From: Hydrolagus colliei
Lineage: Eukaryota
Assembly (NCBI GenBank): GCA_035084275.1
Contig: CM068746.1
Span: 27,280,001 to 27,344,000, forward strand
Direction of reading: 5' to 3'
DNA: 64,000 nucleotides
A model generated the notes under the pieces. That model did not search any database. It was not told the DNA's origin and saw nothing but the letters and a program-made list of their open reading frames with translations. Made by a program: the position numbers and the translations under genes. The stretch's first letter is position 1. Every line of letters starts with the position of its first letter. Positions 50,946 through 64,000 of this stretch are shown here, in pieces.

Positions 50946-52525
50946 GGTTCAACCTCTTGATGCTATTATAGCATTAGCTTTGATCTCAAGCATAAGGGAG
51001 GAAACAATTGGTCAAATCACAAAGAAGAACCAGGGTCAAATAAGCTCCGGTCGATCTCTCCATGTCTTGGTAGTTTATTCCACAGAGAGTTTAACATTAT
51101 TATTGTGTGCATATGGATTATTGTAGATATTTAGAATTTGATGTGGTTTGAAGCTGACATGCTGGATGATTACAGCGGCAGACCGTAAACAGAATACTGA
51201 TCCTCTGTAGAAGAACCTGAGAAATTGTATTTGTTAATAGCTGGGCACATATTCGTTATTTGAAACAACATCCATTTTTGAGAGGTTGCTGAATTCTAAA
51301 TGCTAAATTGCACTTATATCTGCTCAATTTGGGTATATACCGTAAAAAGAAATCCCTGATATGATGAATGGAATAAGATAGTGAAATGAAAATATCGCAA
51401 GTAAGGGAGGGAATAGGGTGGTGTTAGTGTGGGGGGTAAGATAGGGGTAAAGTGGATATAGGATTGTGAATAGCGTGTCAGGTACAATGCTACACATATA
51501 TAACACCAGTGATAATTATCAGATTAACCCAAGAATTTGATCAAAAGTAGTCAATGGCTATCACTCTGAGGATGAGGATGAACTTTCTCCTCCCTCCAGT
51601 TGCTTGGCAGTGATAGCTTCAGTATTGTCTGCTTTTAACGGGATATTTACCGGATATAATGAATATCACCTATAATAATGTAAACTGTAACATTTTATAT
51701 ATATAAAAGTATTTCCTGTGAAGTACTTTGACACGTGCTCCTGATATGAAAGGCAAGGATTATTATTATACCAAAATCTGGACAGTTTTGAGCTGTAGGT
51801 TGTGGGTTGGTTCTGGTAATTCTGATGTTTCCTCATTGTCAAGGAGTAGATAGAGCAAAGGAGTATTATGAGTTAAGTGCAGGGTGAGAGGATGGGGCTT
51901 GATGGTTGAGTGACCTTTTCCCATTTATTCTTCCATTCTCAAAACCACCAGAAACTGAGAAAATGTTTGTTCTTTCAGTCCCCCCAAAAAAGATTCGAAG
52001 CTCAGAGGTGAAAGGAAATTCTCTAGCCCATTATTTTTCCAGTTCACTTGCCCAAGCACAGAAATGAACCTAAGACCGGAAATCCACTTTGTCTATTTTG
52101 CCTTAAAATTTAAGATTGTGCAAAATTGTGGAAAATTCTGAAGAAACCATTTTCCCAAGGCCTTAAGAATAACTGGCCTCCAGGATCAAAGAAGATTAAA
52201 ATGACAAATCGATGTTACAGTCTCAGACTCGGTGGAATTTCATGTCTTTTTTAAGACACACATTATATATACATTACAGGAAGCGCTGCTTATTGATACT
52301 AGTGTGCCGATGAAGATGACCAATCTCATCTTGCTAATGTCAGGGTTGCCAGGCAACCCGAAAGCATGCTTATATATAAAGATTGTCTTTTAAAAAAGCA
52401 GGTTTGCATTTGCACTGTTGCACTTCTGAAATTTGGACAGAAGATGTAAGAACACTGATACTGTATAAGAAACTAGTGAGCAGCGTGATGTTTTTCTTTA
52501 GGTAGAAGGTAGAAGTTGTTCCAGA

Positions 52526-52791
52526 AAAAGAAACACAAAATATTGCAGATGCTGGAGATCTGAAACCAAAACAGAAATTGCTGGGAACACTCAGCAGCTC
52601 AAGCAGCATCTATGGAGAAAGGAAAGTGAGTCAACGTTTCGGGTCTACAACCCTTCATCAGAAATTGAACTTGATCAGAACTCTGAGTTCTGACGAAGGG
52701 TCGTGGACCCGAAATGCTGACTCACTTTGCTTTCTCCATAGATGCTGCCTGACCTGCTGAGTGTTCCCAGTGATTTCTGTTTTTGTTTCAC
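52526..52791. mobile_element. Penelope-like terminal-repeat palindrome with two opposed hammerhead cores
   Basis: Left arm on the minus strand (core 52633-52661, CTGATGA...GAAACGTT); right arm on the plus strand (core 52690-52718). Flanked by aagttgttccaga (52513-52525) and aagttgtttcaga (52792-52804). Confidence 0.8.
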
Positions 52792-54663
52792 AAGTTGTTT
52801 CAGATTTGGACTCCTGTCAGATGTGCTTTGGCAAATCAGACATTAGATGCACAACCCCACAGGGTGCCCTGCTCAGAGCAACATAGTGATCAGCTCTCAG
52901 ATGTACGGCAGCTTAGGAAGCAACATTATGCCATGTCAGTGAATATGAGAGATCATTTTAATCCTTTGTTCAAAACTGAATAAAGAAATATAGAGGAGTC
53001 TTCGGGACTCGGACTCACCCCTTAATCTGCCTTTAACTCCTAGATGGATTTTCTGTGTTAAGAATAAATCTGCTCTCGGGCTGTGATCAATGTTACAAAA
53101 AGCTTGGAATTTACTGAAATTCTCTGAAACAGAGAACAAAATTCTCTGTTTCAAAATACACTGAAGTAAGAAAAAAATGAAATCAAACGTTTCTCATGTT
53201 TGCCCCGGTTCTGTTGTCTGAAAGAAATGGCCAGTTTGGCAAAATCAAACGACGTCTTCCCACCACCAAAGAAACAAAAGCAAACTGCTCCCGTCTGCAG
53301 CATGCAAAGGGCGCCTTTCCAACCATTTCATCTTTTATTAATTCGGATTTTACAGACTCTTAATTATCAGGTTAAAAAGAAAGAACAAAAACCTACAAAT
53401 TTAAAGTTGGGTGGGAGGAGAATGGGGAGGGAAGTGATAGAGGGAGAGGGGAGTCACAGGGGAGGGAGGAATCAGCTCCCAGGACCTGTAATGTAAAAGG
53501 GAAAAATAGTCAGCTGAATCATTTTTAAGCCCCCCCATCCTCTCAAAAAAAATTCATGGGATTGACTACGTCTGCGGCTTTTTTGTGTGTGTCGCAAATT
53601 GGAAATGATCATCTGAGTTCATTTTTCTTTCTGTGGCCGTCGCTTCAGAATGGAAAGCCTGCCTTTGCCATGCATATCAGATCAGCCCTGCTACGACTTC
53701 TTTGCACTATATTATTTGGCAATCATAAATTTGTAATTTGCATGAAATTGCTTAATTAAAATACAGTCACTAGGGGTATTAATTTCTCTTGGCAGTTGGA
53801 TGAACCAAATGCGGGACCACAGAACATCCTGTCAAACGTAGCTATAAAATAGTGCAAAACGTCCCTTTTTTTCCCCGATTGTCAGAAATAGTTCCTTTAT
53901 ATATATATATATAACTGGATATGCAAACATACACTTAATTGTAATGCGTTGCAAAAGGCAGTATTTTGAATACTGAGCACAAATAGAAATCCTTGGTGAA
54001 GCATGAAATAAAGACAGATTTGAATTTCCCATCTTCACGTTTGAATATCTCCGCACCCTGCATTTCCTACCCTTTTGTCTGAAATATCAAAGGGACAGCA
54101 TACGTGTTAACATTTTAATAATTTCAAAAGCTACAAAAGAATGGGACAAAGAAAAGGCTGAATGTACTGAAGTGGCACACATCAAATGAAAGAGTATTTT
54201 TCACGGTGCTGCTTAGGACTGTTTTGACTGGATTCAGAACCCTTGTACCATTCACAAGCTACAAAGACACTCACAGTGATGTGGAGTCAAGGCCTAATTA
54301 AAATCCTTTAACAGATTGAAAGTCCAAGGATTGACACACATTCAAGAACTACAGTTCAAACAGGCTTGTAGATGGCAGAATCAAACGGCTCGAAAGTGTG
54401 GTTTTGCTGCCCTCAACAGCTTCCCAGTGTAAGCACGCCACCCAATTTGTGAGGGAGTTAATTGGCTCTTTGATGTCTCAGGCAAGGTGTGGGAAAAGGA
54501 TATGAAGCCCTTTTGCTACAGGTTCACTGTTTATTTTTTTTTAAAAAACCTTCGCTGTCTCTGTTTCCCCGTCACCTTGCTGTTATCCTATATCACACAT
54601 CCTCCCTGGGTCACAATTTTTGGACTAATTTTCACTTGCTAATTTCCCAGCAGAAAAGTGGGA

Positions 54664-54931
54664 NNNNNNNNNNNNNNNNNNNNNNNNNNNNNNNNNNNNN
54701 NNNNNNNNNNNNNNNNNNNNNNNNNNNNNNNNNNNNNNNNNNNNNNNNNNNNNNNNNNNNNNNNNNNNNNNNNNNNNNNNNNNNNNNNNNNNNNNNNNNN
54801 NNNNNNNNNNNNNNNNNNNNNNNNNNNNNNNNNNNNNNNNNNNNNNNNNNNNNNNNNNNNNNNNNNNNNNNNNNNNNNNNNNNNNNNNNNNNNNNNNNNN
54901 NNNNNNNNNNNNNNNNNNNNNNNNNNNNNNN
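54664..54931. other. Assembly gap (268 N)
   Basis: Run of n characters. Confidence 1.
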
Positions 54932-57900
54932 CTTTACTTCCCTGCATCAAAGTCCCTCATATGATGTAGACTGTAAATTTGTGCCGTCTCCCTGGTTTAT
55001 CACTGGTTCAAGGTCACAAGTGGAGAAGGTCGGGGAGCATTTTCTTGGAGATGTGACAATGTGGCTTTAAACTAATCTGCTCAGAGGGACAAAAACAAAT
55101 ACTGTGGGTGTGCCAGGGATATTAAATAGGAACATTTCCCATTAGGGTTTTTTTGGAAAGCATTTGGCATTCTTTTTAGTTGGGTTTGTGAATCGGGATG
55201 TTAAGAACCCTGTGCTAACATTTCAGTGCTAAAGTTCAGAAGTTCCTTCGAAAAGGTGAGGTGACTGCTTGGGCAGGCTTGTCTTCTTCAGTTGTTGGTT
55301 ATTTGTCATTTAAATGGTAGATCCATATTGGGTAGTGTTGATTGGTGAAGAATAAACCATCCAGCATCAGTGGGGTGTACGTTATGTTATAGTTCATTTG
55401 CTATAGTTCCCCACTATTTTATATTGTTGTGTGTTTTTTTAGTGAGTGTCATTTGCCTTTCGACACCATGTTTTGAGGGCATTGTGTAGTCACGTGGAGG
55501 GAAGGTGGTTTGCACATTTAACCCTGCCAGAGCTGTGATCTGTCAGGATATAACTGGATTCAGTCACATAATAATAATACTTGTATTGATTTAGTGCCTT
55601 ATAACGTCATTGAGATGTCTCAGATTGATTCACAGGATGAACTGTAAAGTGGTGTGGATTTTGTAAGTTTGTGGGAAAAGGATACTGAGAGGGAGAGTCT
55701 AAAGGCAGGTTAATGGAAGAGAGGGAAAAACCAGGAGAGCGATGAAATGTCCAAGAGGAGAGGGAGCCAGTGTTGTTGAGTTGGCAGGATGCAGGGTTGG
55801 TATAATAGCAATTCTAGCATTGGCAGCAAATGACCAGCAATTCACTGAGCAAAAAACACTGCTCACAACTCTAACAAGTGTTAAATATAGTCACCTGAAG
55901 TGACAAGGGTCTGAAATAATGCATTTCAATAGCCGTAGAGTAAAGGTCAAGACCTGTTATTTATTTCCACCAAGAGGAAAATAAAACAGCATTTGTATAA
56001 AAATTATATCCATATACATCAGTGTCCCAAATATATCATCATTTTGTCCTGTTTATCGACTCTGACCTTGTAATGGGCCGAATCTCCCAGCAATGAAACT
56101 GCATGATACATTTATTCAATATTCGCACAATTACTTGCGAGTGTGTCCATTGGATTTCAGAGTTAATGATCATGAGTTTAGAATAAATATATTCAACACA
56201 GGGTGCCGTATTGACAGTTATTTGACCTCTCATTAATATCATCACATTCTGCCTGTGGAGCTGTATACTACACAATGCTCCCTGGTCACAAGACCCAGTG
56301 GTAGGAGATACACTCTCATTGAATCAAGCGTGCTGACAGCAACTACTCAAGGAGGTGCAACCCACGCTATGCTCAGTCATGTTTAAAAATATTTATTCTT
56401 ACAATTCTGAACGTTTACTTTATATTAGAAAATTTGAATGAGAATTTTTTTAATCTGAAAGCATTATCTACTGCACTGCTACAGGATAACGAGTGTGAGC
56501 ACATGTTAATGTCGTTAATTTGCAAGGGTGCTCTGAGCGTGTTTTGCATGTTATTGTGTATTCTAAATCTTGTACTTTTTTTGCAGCATTAATTTTGGGG
56601 GAGAAAACCACGTATGGATATTATACTTTTTGAGATCGCAACCAAGCTTGATTTGCCTCTACTGTCATTCCACTGCAATGCTTTCCACCCAAGGAAAAGG
56701 CAATGTGGTGTGACCCTGTTTGTTTATACATTAGTTATTTTGAAGTTGAATGCATAGTTATCACCAGTGCACAGTGGTTATTCATATGTTTATATGTGAC
56801 TGTTTGAAGTGGACATTGCACCAGTTATAAAATTTCCAGAGCTTTGTTTTACATATACAATATATAATAATATATTTTATATATATATATATGCAGGTTT
56901 CTTTCTTGTTCAAATACATAAGAGTCCTAGATTGCATAAAATATTCACAATTAAATAGAGCCATGGTTAAAAGCAAAAATACATCCTTGTCACTGCACCA
57001 GCATGTATGCAGCCAAAATAATATAGTCACATATACTGCCAAGTATGTTTTTTGAGACATTTCTATTGTCTCATGATTTGTGTATATTGACTTTTCATTA
57101 AAACATAAGTGTTTGAAGCATAATCATAAAAGGCCAGTGTTACTATATATTATTGATACAAAGGATAGTTATTAAATATACAGTGCAACATTAACTTGCA
57201 GTGAACCTAAGCGCTTATTGCTCCAAATACCTTTTCTTTTTAAAAAGAAAAACATCCAAATTGCTGCTACATTTATTTATCTGTGTTTTCTAGGTACGTA
57301 CGGGTGTGTACAACCTTTGCCATATCAAGTGATCTTTGAAATTGTTTTGTGCGTTGAATTCTAAGAGGATTTCTTTCAGTAACTGAACCTTCTGTTCGTA
57401 GCCCCACAGTTTGAAGACTTGCTGTTCCTGGTATTAATTATCTTTTGTTTGCCCTTGATAATCCTGAGGTCGGTGTGCAGTTAATGAATGCAGCAGAATC
57501 ATCTCATGGCAAAAATGCTGGCATGGTAATTACTGCATCCCGACACATGAAAAAAAAGGGAATGTTTCACACGTTAAAAAGAGACGCACTTGGCAGAATA
57601 CCTTTATGGATAGAATAAATTATAGATATTGCAGCAATACAATGTAGTAAATGCACCTCAGTAGTTATATAAAAAAAGGAAGTAAATGTTTTGTAGTTTC
57701 CATAATTAAAAGTTTCACATTTAAAGCGCTGAAAAGAGAATAAAGGGGAGACTGGATGGAAACTCTTAAATGCTCTGAGCGACGCTTCACATATGAGATG
57801 GAAAATGATTTGTATCTCAGGCAGAGATTACTGTTAATATGGTTTAGCCCTCCCATGCTTTATTTTCATTTTACTCTCTGATGCTTAAGATTGCATTGTG

Positions 57901-60900
57901 AAACTGCTTTGAAAATACATCCCTGCATAATGCACATCATAAAGATTAAATTATTATACATTTTCTGCTAATGCAATATCAATTGAAAAAAACTAAACAG
58001 CAATTTTGCATCCAACAAAATAATACAAAAATACAGATTTATTTTTAAAAATGCACCGTTGAACTGCATATTTTTAAAGGTCTGCTTTTATAACTGTTCT
58101 CGCAAAATCTCTCTGAACATTGGCGCAAAATGTTCTCAGCAAAGGTTAAATGACAAAAAAAAGAGTTGATTATTTAGAGAGTTGCAAAGCAAACTGAGTG
58201 CAATACGCATAGGTTAAACTACCATCGTACTGGGCTTTTAGTGAAAAACCCATATAGTCAATGATGAAATGTACCAACAGCATAAATCCAAATTTACAAT
58301 ACAATTAAAATACAATACAATTTACATTTATATAGTGCCTTTCGTGTCGGGAAATATATGTAAAGGAAACTTTGTAAAGCTGTTGAGTGGGAGACGCAAA
58401 ACATGAATTTATTCACGACCAAACATGCACAAGCCCATAAATAGTTTTTGACTCCTCTCAGCAAAATCCTTCATGAAATAGTACAGATAATGTCAGAGAG
58501 CAGCTGGTTATAATCGACTGTGCAGACTCAGTAAAACATAAGATTTTTTTGATTTGTGTCTCCAAACTAGCCTTTAGCAATTGTCAACGTGCACTTGCAC
58601 TACGATGTTCTCTTGAGCAGTGCGGTTGTGTTTACTAAAATGTACCCCACGTCTATTTTTTATTCAGCAGCTTTGCAAGGGTGACAGACAGAACTAGAGA
58701 CTTGAATGATTAAATAACCCCTTTAGTGAAATTATCCCAGCTTTTGAAAGAAAAATTTCAACAGCACGGCCAGCCGCGCAGTCAAAACGGATCGATTCAT
58801 CATAATATTTCTATTCAACTGGTCCAAACTCCTGACAATTTATTTACATTGATATGATTTTTTTAACAAACTGGAATAATAAAGTATCATTTGCAGTATA
58901 TAACTGCGGCTGCAGCTTTACATTCAAATTCCTTTAAGTAATTATACCTGCGCATAATCTCCTTAAAAGACTGATCCAACTGATACTTTCAATTGTTCCT
59001 CCTGTCACATGGCATTTGAGACCGCAGACCAGCCTTTCTTTAGAAATGAGAAAATCTTCACATAGTTTTGTGTCACGGAAAAAAAAAAAGTCACATTATT
59101 GTCACCACAAGCAAGTCAAATACTTTGAAATTGAATACGAAATTGTTGTGTAAAATTTGACATGTGCCTATTGTATTTTAGACTTCAGATTAAAATATAT
59201 TGGATGTTTTACAGTGGCTTAAAACAATTGTATGAACAACTATTTATATATACTGTATAGGTTATTCGGTAGTACTGTACTGTACATCTGCTAGATATAA
59301 TTCTTTTTTAGTTTTTAGTTGTTCTTAACCGTGAAAGAGATGTATATTATTTTTTGTTGAGGAAACAAATTCTATTCTCACATACTCTGGAAGTTATATC
59401 TACTTCACCAACTCACCAGCCTCTACCCACTCGCCCCTCTCCCCCACCACCCCCACCACCCCCTCCACTCCCACCTCTATACTGTTCTACACCTGCACTT
59501 TTCAAATGTCTACACCTGCACTTTTCAAATACATGTTTCTAGGAGGAAAAATAATAGTTTACTCTTTCCAGAAAATTACAGTTTTTAACATTTTCTATAC
59601 TTTTTAAAAATAGAAAAGCTGCCCTAATGACATGCATAAGATTGAAATATGACAAAACTGATGGCTTGCCTGTAAAATGTCAAGAACTGATTCTGTTGGA
59701 ATATGGAAACCCACCTCCCATTAACGGTTGTTTGTTAATATATCCTCTGGCTTGAAGTGTTTAACCCTTTCACCTAAATAGGATGTTTAACAAAATGCCT
59801 TCAGGATGCCATTAACCTATATGTAGGTTTCCACTGGGTGCTATAGTTTGCAACCCAGCTACTTAGCAACCTATGAACTGATTTGCCAGAGGAATACACA
59901 TCACACATCCAGTCTAATAAACTATTGTCACACAAGCATATGAGCAATATAAATACTTTGTTCACATTGGATTCAAAAATGAAAGTAGTTATAGTTGCAA
60001 TTCTCTATTGTATTTGGAGGATGCCATACATTGCATGTTCTGTGATTTTAGACATATTCTTCAGACTATTTGAATGGTATATATTTTGGATATGGCAGCT
60101 GGTTGAAAGGTAAGCTTCTTAAAAGCTATACAGTGTTTAAAGGGTTAAATAGGCAACCATTATCCCTGATGAAGTTAAAGCAAAACCCCACACATCAGCC
60201 TGTAGTTAGTTCTGTACTCAGAGAACACACTGTGTTCCGGGTTAAGAATCAATGTGGTATTATTGTATTCTAAAGGTTAGTACTCATCATCTGTGTGTCG
60301 ACGAGTAACCTCTCCTCCCACAACTAAGTGCCCACCCTTACAAGCACCCCACCACCCCCCACCCCATAACAATAAAACAACAATAAATTACATTTGCATA
60401 GCACCTTTCATGTCGGGAGGATGTCACAAGGTGCCAGAGTACATGCAAATGCCTCAATTGGCCAAATACTTGGAGCTCTCCTGTACCCTGTGTAAATTAA
60501 ACATATATCCACACCGAGGTGAACAGCACGAGTTACAATGGGTGGTGGTGAGGAGGCATGGGGAGGGCGAGAAATATCTCACAGCTCTGAGCAATTGAAG
60601 ACTTCATTTGTCTGCAGAAGGAACTCTAATTACAGTACTTGGACAAAACAATAACATTTTGCAAAGCTAATAGAATTATTAGAAATAATAGATTATTTAT
60701 CCAGCCGGAAAAGAAACTCTGTATTAAAAGGTAAAATCGCAGATATTTGAAAGCAGGAAATGGTTCAGTTTTCAACTGTAACACATGTGTCATCAGCCTG
60801 TTATTCAACATGAATGACATGAACATGTGTGCTCAGTTCGGATTTCTCCCTTTTATTATCATCAACAAAAACAACATTGTGATGGAGGCGGACGGCGAGA

Positions 60901-62129
60901 GATCCACCAAAAGTGCAGCATATGAAGCGCAGATAAGCAGATAACACAAATGTAATCATTTTGTCATGTAATAGGACATCTGATTTTACAGACTGTAATC
61001 CAATCTGCAATAATTATTGAAGATTATTTATACAACGTATTTTTTTTAATGGCAATTGATTCGGAGAAGCAGACAAGTAGAAAGAAAGAGAGAAAGTGTA
61101 TTACTGCAACTCAGACCCCCATTTGTTTCCTTTGGTGAATATTGCAATTTGGAGTGTGGTGACAGCAACAGAGATTTACATTGGTTCATGGAATGTTGTC
61201 TTTCACAGACAAAAAGGAGCAGGACTGGGTTCACTGAAGAAACAAGGAGGCTTTCTGTTTGTTTTTGTTCCATATAACTCACTGCTCCTGCCAATAAAAA
61301 TAGGCGCAACAGACTTCCCTCTTGCTGCCTTTGCCAATTTCAGCCCAGCTCACGGTGCCTAGGCATATTGAATTTCTGCCAGAAGCCCAAATATACCTGC
61401 AAAATGAAAAATGGAAAATATTTAGACTAGAAAAGACACTTATTCAGCTAAAAAAAACTGCATTTAAAAATTGGGAGCGTTACAGCTGTAACTCTGTATG
61501 GAAAAGAGTGAAGACATGAGTGGGTTCTTTATTTTTCAGAGAAGAAAAGGTATATTGTATCATCCTGGAATCCGAACCACTCTAAAATCAGAAAGGAAGT
61601 AATTTATATAGTTGGGCTGGAATGAGCATGTTTAAAGTTTTCATAACACTGAAGAAATAATTAATCAGCTCGCTATTCTTAAAGACTTTAAATATCAAAA
61701 CGCTGCTCAAACAAAGTAGGTTTTCTGAAGATGTTTGAATCAGGTTATCTGCATTACATTGTGCTGAGCAATTGGTGAGCTATAGGAAGTAGCATTCCAA
61801 TACTAACTGTAACTTTAGATGTGTGTGTATATGTGTGTGAATGATCCCATTATATGTAGCTATTGTCTAATCCGAGGATATTTAAAAGTCACCTACAAAA
61901 AATACACAGTCACTAAACCTTGCACTAAATCCTGTGAAGCACTTTGCAAAGTCTGCCCATTGTGAAACGATCTATAGTGTGCTGGGCAACAGTCCCCAAA
62001 TAAAATTGATCATTCACTTCACAACTGTTTGCGAAGCTTTGCTGTGAATGAATTGGCTGCCATCCTTTCAAAGCCCTCCATCCACTTGACAGTCAAGACA
62101 ATAACTTTGAATGGAACATCAAATGACAT

Positions 62130-62505
62130 AATAATATTAATAATAATAATAAAACTTGCATTAGATATATTACCTTGTCATGTCTTCAAGATATCTCCAA
62201 GCACTTCACAGAATAAGCTGCAATGTGAATTGGCTGCACAGTATATTTTATGGGCAAAATGCAGCAGCCAATTGTGCACGGCTGCATCCCACAAACAGTC
62301 GTGGATTGAAGTAACCAATTTATTATTATTATTATTAGTTTGTTTTGAAGGAATTATTACCCAGGAAAAGCAACCCGCCAATCGCCAAACAATCGGGTAC
62401 CAACTTACTGGTAGGTAAACAGAGTAAGGAAATTTGCCCAACATTTCCCCCTCCTGGGAATCAAACCAAGGTCTCTCACTTGCGAGGTGAGTGCACTAAC
62501 CAATC
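62130..62505 (-). mobile_element. tRNA-headed SINE (longer variant)
   Basis: Tail, body, and head gggaatcaaaccaaggtctctcacttgcgaggtgagtgcactaacc. Confidence 0.85.
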
Positions 62506-62657
62506 AGTGCGACAAAATCAGGGATTCACTTTTTCTCAGCCCCATTGAAAGTAATGCAGAGCAGATATCAAAATGAGACTTTTTTTTAACATTGGAAACA
62601 TGGGCATCTTTATATTCTGTCATATCCACACATGAGAGTCAGTCACATAAGATCTTG

Positions 62658-62935
62658 AATAATATAATAATTCTTGCATATAGCGCTTTTGATATAGCGA
62701 AATGCAGCAGCCAATTGCGCACAGCAGTGTCCTACAGACAGTCGTGGATTGAAAATGACCAATTTTTATTATTGTGGGTTTTTTTGGACGGATTATTATT
62801 AGGCGTGTGGAGTAAGGAAACTTGCCTAAGGTTTCACCCTGATCTGCCTAAGGTTTCACCCTGATCTGCCTGGATTTGAACACAGGTCTCAGGCTTGTAA
62901 GGAGAATGCTCTAACTACTGAGCTACAGGAGCTCC
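62658..62935 (-). mobile_element. tRNA-headed SINE with an internal deletion and a 22-bp tandem duplication
   Basis: Head ends agctacaggagctcc; tgcctaaggtttcaccctgatc occurs twice at 62823-62866. Confidence 0.88.
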
Positions 62936-63454
62936 TAGGCACTGTTATGATCATGGGAGGGTCTTTTAAGGTATTATGAATAACGTACAAGGCGCATAAA
63001 GGGAGCACCATTCTGCATGAAAGCTGGGCTCAACATGACCTTGCAATGGTTGATTAGCAATAGTTTGGAAAATCACTCCCAAAGAAAACTAACAAAAACG
63101 GGAAAATAATACACAATAGTTATGTTTCAAGTGGCACTGTTCATGACATGTCAGGACTACATTTCACAGTGAAAGTCCATAATGTATCTATCATCTCTCA
63201 ATAACAATAAATATTTTATGACTTTTTGCTGCTCTGCTATAGTTTGTGCTGTGTATCAATTTTTAAACGTGTACTGTACACAGAATACTGATTCCGCTTA
63301 TAAACAAGGCTTTCGCTTTGGGAATAAACAAAAATAGCAGCAAGTGTCATATAATCCATATCATAGCTTTTTTCTAAAATACATATGATAATCAAGTGTG
63401 GGTGCTTTAGCAAATTAATCCCAACTAGGGCTGTAATGCCAGGACAGAACAGTA

Positions 63455-64000
63455 TCCTGCAGTTTAGTGGTTAGAGCACTCGCCTCGCAAGCGAAAGGAT
63501 TTGGTTTTGATTCCTGGGTAACAACAACAGAATTACATTTGTATAGCATCTTTCATGTTGGGAGGATGTCCCAAGATGCTGAACAATCAGTTTTTCGGAC
63601 CCGAGCTGGGGTCAGGATCGGGGACGATGGAGGGAAGGGGGGTGACCAATAATAAAAATAATAATCCTTGCATTTTCACTTTTTCTGGATGTCTCAAAGC
63701 GCTTCACAGAATATACTCTAAAGTGAATTGACTGTATATTTGTGGAGGGAACGAAAAACAACCAAATGCACACAGCAATGTCCCACAAGCGGTTGTGAAT
63801 TGAAATGACCAATTTTATTATTGACCGATGGCACGGATCTTGAGATAGGACTTGAAGGAAGCTAGTGAGGGGTCAAGGCAGAGGGATTGTGGCATAGAAT
63901 CCAGAAGGTCAGGGGCAGAGTGGCTGAAGACTCACCTGCTGATGGTGGAGTGAGTGTGTCGGACGACATGGAGCAGGCCAGAGACTGCTGAGTGGAGGGA
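63455..64000. mobile_element. Cluster: SINE head (+), L2 3' end (-), SINE tail (-), L2 fragment (-)
   Basis: agtttagtggttagagcactcgcctcgcaagcg head, then an L2 tail at about 63520-63648, a SINE tail at about 63650-63820 and L2-like sequence to the window end. Confidence 0.8.

Noticed and set aside
54489-55070. Long ORFs spanning 54.5-55 kb
   Set aside because: Artefact of the N gap.
59486-59530. 23-bp tandem duplication (similar ones at about 1461, 40310 and 62823)
   Set aside because: Two-copy slippage events with no spacers; not CRISPR-like or otherwise functional on the evidence.
1-64000. Prokaryotic-type systems (CRISPR arrays, operons, defence islands)
   Set aside because: The sequence is vertebrate repeat-rich non-coding DNA with no repeat-spacer arrays and no gene-dense coding.

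Overview
Vertebrate non-coding DNA, most likely from a cartilaginous fish, plausibly a holocephalan such as the elephant shark. This is inferred only from the repeat complement: L2 and CR1 LINE fragments, tRNA-headed SINEs, Deu-domain-type SINEs and shark-type Penelope-like palindromes. No intact protein-coding gene is visible. The convincing ORFs in the track are broken L2/CR1 reverse-transcriptase pieces and a short Tigger/pogo transposase N-terminus. The window looks like a large intron or gene desert: repeat-dense over about 1-53 kb, repeat-poor and enhancer-like over about 53-62 kb, with one assembly gap (54664-54931). The most notable signal is three short Penelope-like insertions (about 6.5, 19.4 and 52.6 kb). 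They carry minimal hammerhead-ribozyme cores and are flanked by 10-13 bp target-site-like duplications; two are fold-back palindromes whose arms share private variants. Other observations are a 61-bp neighbouring sequence copied in inverted orientation into an L2-tail insertion, nested TE insertions, two MITEs with clean termini, a candidate 33-nt microexon, a candidate recursive splice site and a Pbx-Hox/Meis motif pair. Repeat boundaries were set by eye and are approximate, and family names come from recalled consensus features, not a database search.
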